From Candidatus Sumerlaeia bacterium (GTDB taxonomy: Bacteria; Sumerlaeota; Sumerlaeia; SLMS01), in assembly GCA_038208905.1 (NCBI GenBank), contig JBBQYG010000031.1:1-31286 (forward strand): a DNA stretch of 31,286 nucleotides, in the 5' to 3' direction. Below the pieces are notes generated by a model. That model saw only the letters and a program-made list of their open reading frames with translations. It had not been told where the DNA came from and searched no databases. Every line of letters starts with the position of its first letter. Position 1 is the stretch's first letter. The translations under genes were made by a program, and so were the position numbers. This document shows positions 1-8,540 of this stretch, piece by piece.

Positions 1-15
1 CCCGTCGCTTTTCCC

Positions 16-45
16 TTGTTTCGACTCGGGCCCCCCATCTAGGTT
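16..45 (+). promoter_or_regulatory. Candidate sigma70-type promoter for the bS22-like gene
   Basis: TTGTTT (16-21), 18-nt spacer, TAGGTT (40-45), upstream of the ATG at 113. A hairpin gcggc-a-gggac-gc-gtccc-gccgc (57-79) lies in the leader. Confidence 0.35.
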
Positions 46-112
46 TCTCCTCCTCAGCGGCAGGGACGCGTCCCGCCGCCGACAGCGAGAAGTCCAGAAA
101 GGCCTCTACCGA

Positions 113-202
113 ATGGGAAGCGTGATCAAGTGGCGCCGTAAGAAGATTCGCAAGCACAAGTACAAGAAGCTCCGCAAGCGCACGCGCTTCCAGCGCAAGT
201 AG
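113..202 (+). CDS. Small basic ribosomal protein bS22 / mS38 (AURKAIP1/COX24, DUF1713) family, 29 aa
   Basis: Translated by hand: MGSVIKWRRKKIRKHKYKKLRKRTRFQRK*. It closely matches the actinobacterial bS22 pattern MGSVIKKRRKRM.KKKHRKLL..TR.QRR. SD-like AGAAAGG at 96-102. Below the ORF-track length cut-off. Confidence 0.9.
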   Translation: MGSVIKWRRKKIRKHKYKKLRKRTRFQRK

Positions 203-331
203 CACTTCGCCCATTGCGGGCGAGGCTGGTAGCCTACCAGACGTTGCGACAATTGGTCGCCGAGCTTGTCCCAAGGCTCGGCGGCCTCTGCAATGCAAGC
301 GGGCCGTTGTGGCCCGCCTCGCCATCGGGAG

Positions 332-646
332 ATGACCGTGCTCGAAAAGTGCCGAGAATCGCCCGACGGGGATGTCTACCGACTTGTCGGCAGCGTCACT
401 CACGAGTCTGCCACGCTGCTCAGGGGCGAACTGGAAGAGTTGGCCATCACCCCTATTCAGCGTCTCGTTCTGGACTTGAGTCTCCTCGATTTCATCGACA
501 CCGGTGGCTTGGGAGTGCTTGTGGGCGTTCGGCGCAAGTTTCAGGACGTAGGCAAAGAGTTCGTGATCGTGAATCCGAGCGAGAAGGTTCTCATCGTGCT
601 TCGAATGACTCGGCTGGCCGCACTGTTCGGAGTCGATCCCGCATGA
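332..646 (+). CDS. STAS-domain anti-sigma-factor antagonist (RsbV/SpoIIAA-like)
   Basis: LVLDLSLLDFIDTGGLGVLV...FVIVNPSEKVLIVLRMTRL is the STAS anti-anti-sigma signature. The ATG at 332 gives about 104 aa, the typical size; the ORF-track start at 266 looks over-extended. Confidence 0.88.
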   Translation: MTVLEKCRESPDGDVYRLVGSVTHESATLLRGELEELAITPIQRLVLDLSLLDFIDTGGLGVLVGVRRKFQDVGKEFVIVNPSEKVLIVLRMTRLAALFGVDPA

Positions 647-667
647 TTCCGCTGCGCGGGGTGCCTC

Positions 668-1846
668 ATGTCCGTGTCAGGTGATTCCGGATTTTTCCTC
701 CGCTCGGCACAGGCCGAGGTGCTGGTTTGCGACGACAGCCCCACCGATGCCGCGATCGTCCGCAGCTTGCTCGTAAAGCAGGGCTGCAAGGTAACGATCG
801 CGCGCTCCGGCGCCGAGGCGCTGGCAAAGCTCGCCGAACGATCCTTCGACTTGCTGCTCCTCGACTACGAGATGGAGGGCCTTAGTGGCGTGGAAGTGGC
901 GCGCAAGCTTCGCCACGGCGGGACATCGCGCCCCTACATGCCGGTGATCCTGCTTACCGCTCGGACGGCACAGTCGGACCGGCTGGAGGGGCTTCAGGCA
1001 GGGGCCACGGACTTCATTACGAAGCCCTTCGATCCCCTCGAGTTGACTGCGCGCATCGAGAACCACCTGCACACCAAGCGCCTGCACGACCGCCTCCTTG
1101 CGACCAATGCCGAGCTGAACGCCGAGCGCGCCAAGGTCCGACTGGTTCAGCTCGCCCTCCTCCCCCAGGAAATGCCCCGCATCAAGGGCCTCAGCTTTTC
1201 CGCCGCCTATTTGCCGAGCAGCATCGCCAGCGGCGATTACTACGATGTGATCGAGCGCGCGGATGGCCGCGTCGTGATCGCGATTGCCGACGTAAGCGGC
1301 CACGGCATTCCCAGCGCGATGCATATGTCGGTGTTGCGCTCGTCGCTGCGCAGCATGGTCGAGGAGGACGTGGACGCGGTCGAGATCATGGCTCGCCTCA
1401 ACCGGGTGCTTCGCCACGCGCTCGACTCGTTCAGCTTCGTGACGTTCTACCTCGCCGAACTGGACACCCACACGCTGATCCTCGGCCAGCTTGCGGCGGG
1501 GCACCACAATCCACTGCTCCACGATCTCGCCTCCAATGCCGTGGAGGAGCTTCCAGTGGAGGGCACGCTCCCGCTTGGCCTCGACGAGAACTTCCAGATC
1601 GCCACGACCAAGGCCACGCTCAAGGCCGGCCAACGCCTGATCCTCTACACCGACGGCGTCACCGACGAGCAGAACATCGATGGCGAGTTCTTTTCCCTCG
1701 AAGGCCTCACTGCGGCGATCCGCGAGACCGCTGGCATGGGTCTCGACGCGGCCAAGGACCACATCGTCTTGCGAATGACGAGCCACTCGGAAGGAATCGG
1801 CAACCAGGACGACGCGACGCTGCTCATCATGCAAGTCGGCCCCTGA
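668..1846 (+). CDS. Response regulator fused to PP2C/SpoIIE-type Ser/Thr phosphatase (RsbU/RsbY-like)
   Basis: N-terminal REC domain (VLVCDD, LLLLD, ILLTA, DFITKPF). PP2C motifs SGDYYD, IADVSGHG, LILYTDGVTD, QDDATLL. Confidence 0.93.
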   Translation: MSVSGDSGFFLRSAQAEVLVCDDSPTDAAIVRSLLVKQGCKVTIARSGAEALAKLAERSFDLLLLDYEMEGLSGVEVARKLRHGGTSRPYMPVILLTARTAQSDRLEGLQAGATDFITKPFDPLELTARIENHLHTKRLHDRLLATNAELNAERAKVRLVQLALLPQEMPRIKGLSFSAAYLPSSIASGDYYDVIERADGRVVIAIADVSGHGIPSAMHMSVLRSSLRSMVEEDVDAVEIMARLNRVLRHALDSFSFVTFYLAELDTHTLILGQLAAGHHNPLLHDLASNAVEELPVEGTLPLGLDENFQIATTKATLKAGQRLILYTDGVTDEQNIDGEFFSLEGLTAAIRETAGMGLDAAKDHIVLRMTSHSEGIGNQDDATLLIMQVGP

Positions 1847-1859
1847 TCCGCCGCCCTCG

Positions 1860-3074
1860 ATGAGGATCCTTGTCCTCAATCACAACCTGCGGGAGCGCGG
1901 CACCTGGTTTCGCGCCCGCGAAGTCGCCCGCGGCCTTCACGCGCGCGGACACGACGTTACGTTTGTCTATACAGGCGAGGGCTGGTACCGCCCGCGCCGC
2001 GACGCGCCGGAGGACCGGTGGACCGAGTTCGGCACGCCCTCGTGGACGCCGCTGCGCGACGCGGGCGAGGGCTACTCGCCGCTCGGGCTGCTGCATCGCG
2101 CCTTCGCGCTGCGCGGGCGCTTCGATCTCGTCTATACATTCTCCCACCTTCCCGTTGACCAGGCCACCGCGCGCTTGCTGGCGCGGCGATGTGGCTTCTG
2201 GATGACCGACTGGTGCGACTTGTGGAATTCCCGGCGCGGCGGGCTCCTCGACCTGAGCCACTGGCCGAGGCCGATTCCAGCCCGCATGCGCGGAGTAGTG
2301 GGCGGCCTCCGACGCGCCAGCTTCCGCATCGACGACGCTCTTGAGTCCAGTGCCGCGCGCTCTGCCGACTCTGTCAGCATCATCGCCACGCCGATGCGCG
2401 CCTATACGCGGAAGCTGGGTATCCCGGATTCACGCGTTCTGCATCTGGTTTCCGGCGCCGACATCGAGCGCATCCGCCCGCTGGATCGCGACGCGTGTCG
2501 CCGCGAACTCGACCTGCCCGCCGACCGCCTGATTCTCGGCTACGTGGCCAACGTGACGCCCGACAACGAGCAGCTCGAGGGCGCCCTGCGCATCGTCTGG
2601 AAAGAGCGCCCCGATCTGCTCGTGGCCAGCGTCGGGCCGCGCTGGTACGCCGACCGCGGACCAATCGCGCGGGCCGTTCGAGAGGGGCGGCTGATCGACC
2701 GCGACCGTCAGCCCTTTGCGGAGATCCCCCGCTATCTGGGCGCGGCGGATTTCGTGGTCATGCCGCTGCGCGATCTCCCCTTCAACCGGTGCCGCTGGCC
2801 CAACAAGTTCGGTGACTACATGGCCGCGGGCCGGGCCACGGCAACTTGCGCGGTGGGCGACATGGCGCGGGTCTGCCGCCGGGGAAATGCGGGGGTCGCA
2901 GGCCCGCCCACGGCGCAGGGCCTCGCCTCGGCGATTCTGGAACTCGCCAACGATTCCGACAGGCGTGCGCAATGTGGCGTCGATGCTCGCCGCCACGCCG
3001 AGACCCACCTCTCCTGGCCGGGCCGGATCGAGAGTCTTGCCGCGTTCCTCGCCCGCCAAGGGGTGGTGGTCTAG
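1860..3074 (+). CDS. Glycosyltransferase family 4 (GT-B fold)
   Basis: MRILVL...LHARGHDVTFV N-terminus and YLGAADFVVMP...PNKFGDYMAAG C-terminal motif. Starts 13 nt after the phosphatase stop. Confidence 0.88.
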   Translation: MRILVLNHNLRERGTWFRAREVARGLHARGHDVTFVYTGEGWYRPRRDAPEDRWTEFGTPSWTPLRDAGEGYSPLGLLHRAFALRGRFDLVYTFSHLPVDQATARLLARRCGFWMTDWCDLWNSRRGGLLDLSHWPRPIPARMRGVVGGLRRASFRIDDALESSAARSADSVSIIATPMRAYTRKLGIPDSRVLHLVSGADIERIRPLDRDACRRELDLPADRLILGYVANVTPDNEQLEGALRIVWKERPDLLVASVGPRWYADRGPIARAVREGRLIDRDRQPFAEIPRYLGAADFVVMPLRDLPFNRCRWPNKFGDYMAAGRATATCAVGDMARVCRRGNAGVAGPPTAQGLASAILELANDSDRRAQCGVDARRHAETHLSWPGRIESLAAFLARQGVVV

Positions 3075-3176
3075 CTCTCCTCAGCGCTTGCGCCGAGGAA
3101 GCCCGACGAGTCCACTTTTCCCTGCCTCGGTGTCATTGCCGGTGCCGGAAAAATCTCAGAGCCCCAAGGAGATCGC

Positions 3177-4493
3177 ATGAACATCCCATCGCCGCGTTTC
3201 GAGACCGCCTGCGTCCATGCGGGCCAACATCCCGATCCCACCACTAACTCCCGCGGCGTCCCCGTTTACCGCACGGCCGCCTACCTCTTCAATAGCACCG
3301 AGCACGCCGCCAACCTTTTCGGGCTCAAGGAGCTGGGCAATGTCTATACGCGCCTGATGAATCCCACGACGGATGTGCTGGAGCAGCGCGCCGCCGCGCT
3401 GGAGGGCGGCATCGCCGGCCTCGGCGTCGCCTCCGGCACCGCGGGGGTTCACTACTCCGTTATCAACATGTGTCAGGCCGGCGACGAGATCGTCTCCGCC
3501 AACGACCTCTATGGCGGATCCTACACGATGTTCGACTGCATCCACCCGCAGCTCGGCATCAAGACCCACTTCGTGGACCCACGCAAGACAGAGAATATCG
3601 CCAGGGCGATCACCCCGCGGACCAAGCTGATCTTTCTCGAGTCGTGCAGCAATCCGGCCCTCCAGATCCCCGACTTCGACGCCATCGCCGACGTGGCAAA
3701 CTCCCACGGCATTCCCATGGTGGTGGACAACACATTCACCACGCCCTATCTGTTTCGTCCGATCGAGCACGGCGCCACCGTGGTTGTGAACTCCCTGACC
3801 AAGTGGATGGGCGGGCATGGCACGGGAATCGGCGGCGTTGTCGTCGATAGTGGCAAGTTCAACTGGGCGACGGAGAAATTCCCCCTCTTCAACGAGCCCG
3901 ATGCCTCCTACCACGGCCTGCGATTTGGCCACGATCTGGGCCCCCTGACGCCGCTTGCCTACATCCTGCGCATGCGTCTGGTGCCGCTGCGCAACCTTGG
4001 CGCCTGCATTGCGCCCGACCACTCGTGGATGTTCCTTCAGGGGATCGAGACATTGCCGCTGCGCATGGAGCGCCACTGCCAGAATGCCTACGCGGTGGCG
4101 AAGTTTCTGGAGGCCCACAAGGACGTCGAGTGGGTGCGCTATCCCGGGCTCCCAAACGATCCATCCCACGAGCGGGCGAAGAAGTATTTCCCCAAGGGAG
4201 CCGGAGGCATGGTGATTTTCGGCATCAAGGGCGGCGCCGCCGCGGGCCGCAAGTTCATCGAGGGGCTTAAGCTGTTCAGCCACCTCGCCAACGTGGGCGA
4301 CGCCAAGAGCCTGGCGATTCATCCCGCCACCACCACACACAGCCAGCTCAGCGAGCAGCAGCAGCGCGCGGGCGGCATCGTGCCGGAACTCGTTCGCCTC
4401 TCTGTTGGTATCGAGAATATCGACGACATCACCGACGATCTCGACCGCGCGCTGTCCGTTTCCCAGGGTCGGCCCGTCACTTCGCCGAACTGA
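3177..4493 (+). CDS. metY: O-acetylhomoserine aminocarboxypropyltransferase / sulfhydrylase (PLP-dependent)
   Basis: FETACVHAGQ, YTRLMNPT, VVDNTF, PLP lysine SLTKWMGGHG, LFSHLANVGDAKSLAIHPATTTHSQL, LVRLSVGIE. SD AAGGAG just upstream. Confidence 0.95.
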   Translation: MNIPSPRFETACVHAGQHPDPTTNSRGVPVYRTAAYLFNSTEHAANLFGLKELGNVYTRLMNPTTDVLEQRAAALEGGIAGLGVASGTAGVHYSVINMCQAGDEIVSANDLYGGSYTMFDCIHPQLGIKTHFVDPRKTENIARAITPRTKLIFLESCSNPALQIPDFDAIADVANSHGIPMVVDNTFTTPYLFRPIEHGATVVVNSLTKWMGGHGTGIGGVVVDSGKFNWATEKFPLFNEPDASYHGLRFGHDLGPLTPLAYILRMRLVPLRNLGACIAPDHSWMFLQGIETLPLRMERHCQNAYAVAKFLEAHKDVEWVRYPGLPNDPSHERAKKYFPKGAGGMVIFGIKGGAAAGRKFIEGLKLFSHLANVGDAKSLAIHPATTTHSQLSEQQQRAGGIVPELVRLSVGIENIDDITDDLDRALSVSQGRPVTSPN

Positions 4494-4524
4494 TCCTCCA
4501 TCCCGCGACACCAGGAAGACGAGC

Positions 4525-5747
4525 TTGGCAAAAGAGAAGAAGAAGGCGGACAGCAGGCAGTGCGCCGAGATGAAGTACTGCCAGATTTCCTCGGCGACGG
4601 AGCCCTTCGTCTTCGCCGACGGGCGGAGCGCCGATCCCATCTTGCTGGCCTACCAGACGTGGGGCGAGCTCAACACCGCGCGCGACAACGCCGTGCTCGT
4701 CTTCCACGCGCTCAGCGGCAGTTCCAACATCGCCGGCCGCAACACACAGGGCCCGAGGAACGAGTTCTGGACGGAGGAGTGCCACGATGGCTGGTGGGAC
4801 GACTTCGTGGGGCCGGGCAAGGGCATCGACACGCGCAAGTACTTCGTGATCTGCGCCAACTACCCCGGTGGATGCTACGGTTCCAGCGGCCCATCCACAA
4901 TCGATCCCAAGACGGGAAAGCCGTGGGGAAGCCGCTTTCCGAGTCCCTCCATGACGGATATCGCCGAGGCCAATGCGCGCCTGCTGGACAAGCTCGGGAT
5001 CAAGACCCTGCTCGGCGTCGTCGGCGCATCGCTGGGGGGATTCTGCGCCCTCGACTTCGCGGCACGTTATCCCCGGCGCGTGCGCTGCGTCATCCCCATC
5101 GCAACAGGCGTCAGGACCACGGTGCTTTCGAAGGCCCATAACTTCGAGCAGATCTACGCCATCGAGCAGGATCCCAACTTCCGCGGCGGCGACTACTACG
5201 ACGGGGCGCGGCCCAACTCGGGCCTGACGCTGGCGCGCATCATCAGTCACAAGACCTTCGTCTCGCTCGCGTTGATGGAATCCCGCGCGCGCAAGGCCAT
5301 CATCCAGCCCGACGACTACCTTTCCGGGTACCGCCTCCAGCACCAGGTCGAGTCGTATATACTGCACCAGGGGCGCAAGTTCGTGCGTCGCTTCGACGCC
5401 AACACGTACCTGCGCATCATCAACGCATGGCAGAGCTTCGACCTGCCGGGGTCGCTCGCCGAAGGCAATTTGACCAAGGCCCTCTCGCGGTGCCACGGTC
5501 AGGAGTGGCTGATCTTTTCCATTAGCTCCGACGTGTGCTTCTATCCCGCCGAGCAGTCCGAAATCGCGACGGCCCTCAACGCCAACCGCATCGACTACCA
5601 GCACATCACCGTGCATTCGGAAAAGGGCCACGACTCGTTCCTGCTCGAGCCCGATCTCTACTGCCCCTACATGAGCTACAAGCTCGACCAAGCCCATCGC
5701 CGCCAGCAGGACGACGCCGACGACGAGGGCGATCCGCAGTTCACGAT

Positions 5748-5751
<4 letters not shown>
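4525..5751 (+). CDS. metX: Homoserine O-acyltransferase (MetX family alpha/beta hydrolase fold)
   Basis: LAYQTWGELN..RDNAVLVFHALSG, GWWDDFVGPGKGIDT, nucleophile GASLGG, RFDANTY, GHDSFLLE. Start is uncertain: TTG 4525 with SD AGGA at 4513-4516, or ATG 4570. Confidence 0.93.
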
Positions 5752-6791
<1,040 letters not shown>

Positions 6792-6877
6792 GGGGACTCC
6801 TTGCGGATGAGTGGCACTCGTGTCGGAGAGACAGTGGCTCGTGCGGCGCCGGGGCAAGCGAAGCGAAGGAGGCAGGA

Positions 6878-8299
6878 TCAGTGTCTCTGCATGTCTTCCC
6901 AGCTCTTTCGGCACCACCGCTCTTCGATGATTCGCTGGTTCGCTCGGACATCCTCAAGATAGCGGTTGTAGGACTCCGCCTTTTTCGGCTCGACCTGCCA
7001 GCGATGGACAACCTGCAGGCCGGTCAACGCGCACTGCAGGACAACCCCCGCAAGGAGCGCGATGGCTCCCTTCCGCCTTGGGAATGCGGATAAGATGATG
7101 ACCCCTGTGGCTGTCTGGATCAGCGCGAGCGAAGGGCCGACAAGGTCCCAGTCCTCGCTCATCTCCAGCTTGTTATAGACGAATATCATGTAGGCGATTC
7201 CCGCCCCCGCCGAAGCGGCGACAAACAGCCGCGCGTCCAGCCGGGCGATCGGTGCGCGCCGGTTCCAGATCGAGACCAGCAGCAACGGCACGGCCATCGG
7301 AATCGCAATCAGGACGACGTTCGCCGCTTGGAATGCGCGCTCCCCTGAAAGGGCTGCGGCGGGGGATAGGAACGCCTTGTCGGTTCCCCCGTGGGTCATA
7401 TTCTCGAGGACGAATCGTGTCTGGGGGAGAAGGAGCACCGCCGCGCCGATGGCAAGGAGCAGCGCTCCGCCGCCGACGCCAATTCCGCGCACGGGCCACG
7501 ACGACCTCAGCCACCAGCACGGCACGATCGCCGCCGCGACGCCCGCCGCCAGGATCGCGTGTTGGGGATGGACTCCCACCGCCACTACGCAAGCTGCCGC
7601 CGCCATCCAGAGGGAGCCCGCACCGCGCAGGTATCGCGAGCAGGCGATGCACGCGGCGAAGAGCGCCGACAGCGAGATTGCATAGGTCTCGATATGCCCC
7701 AGAGCCAGCGCCAGTAGCCCCGAGGTAGCGCACCACAGCCAGAGCAGTCCGGCGCGACGTCCCGGGCCAACCAACTCGCGACAAAGGATTCCCCACAGCA
7801 CCAGAAACATCGCCCCCCATAGCGACATCGTCATCTGGATCGTATCGCGAATCTCCCACGAGGGGCTGACCAGATAGAGCGCGCGCCAGTGCAGCCAAAT
7901 GAATCCGTGGGCGAGGGGTTGGCGATAGAAGATGATCGGCTCCAGAATCCAGTCGGGGATCAGCGCCGTTGTAAATCCGATGCTCACCCAATCGCCGAAG
8001 TGGCGCCTCTCGCGGGCAAGCCAGCAAAGCAGCCACAGGCCGGGGAGCCACCTCCACGAGGGGCGCAGTGTTCCGGCCCATTGGAGCAGCTGACTTGCTA
8101 GTCCACGCGAAGCGATCAATGCGGCGGCCAGCGAGAGAGCGGCGAATAGCAATCCCACCCGGAGGGGCACGCCCGACTCGGCCCACGCCCACGCCCCCCA
8201 CCACGCCGGCCAGGCGGGCGCAAGCATCGCGACGGCGGCGAAGAGAGCCACTGCGGGAGCGATTGCGGTGGCGATTGGGATGCGGGACTTAGGACCCAT
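6878..8299 (-). CDS. Polytopic membrane protein, probable GT-C-superfamily glycosyltransferase-like
   Basis: More than 10 hydrophobic segments, with conserved-looking loops (RRHFGDW, GHIETY, EDWDL) of the kind seen in ArnT/PMT-like hypothetical proteins. Start taken at ATG 8299 (alternative GTG 8350). Confidence 0.55.
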   Translation of the reverse strand: MGPKSRIPIATAIAPAVALFAAVAMLAPAWPAWWGAWAWAESGVPLRVGLLFAALSLAAALIASRGLASQLLQWAGTLRPSWRWLPGLWLLCWLARERRHFGDWVSIGFTTALIPDWILEPIIFYRQPLAHGFIWLHWRALYLVSPSWEIRDTIQMTMSLWGAMFLVLWGILCRELVGPGRRAGLLWLWCATSGLLALALGHIETYAISLSALFAACIACSRYLRGAGSLWMAAAACVVAVGVHPQHAILAAGVAAAIVPCWWLRSSWPVRGIGVGGGALLLAIGAAVLLLPQTRFVLENMTHGGTDKAFLSPAAALSGERAFQAANVVLIAIPMAVPLLLVSIWNRRAPIARLDARLFVAASAGAGIAYMIFVYNKLEMSEDWDLVGPSLALIQTATGVIILSAFPRRKGAIALLAGVVLQCALTGLQVVHRWQVEPKKAESYNRYLEDVRANQRIIEERWCRKSWEDMQRH

Positions 8300-8540
8300 C
8301 AGACTCCGGGATCTTGGCGCGGTCGGGAATCTCTCCTCGCTGCCGGCCACAAGCGCCAGTGATTAGACGCGGCGCCCCCCAGCGAAGCGATTTTACGCCC
8401 GACCTGTAAACAATCCATACAGATTCGCCTCGTCAGGATGTGTTTTCCCCTTGCCAAGCAGCCCGTTATACTCAGGATATGCCCCGATTTCGGTCAATCT
8501 ACTCCCCAACATGAGAACATACATGTCCAGAGGATTTCCC

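Noticed and set aside
8433..8478. tcaggat direct repeat (8433, 8472) and a TTTTCCC(C/T)TG-like motif also seen at 9-18 and 3116-3124
   Set aside because: The motifs are short and few in number, cannot be distinguished from chance or generic promoter-proximal pyrimidine tracts, and the downstream genes share no obvious function.
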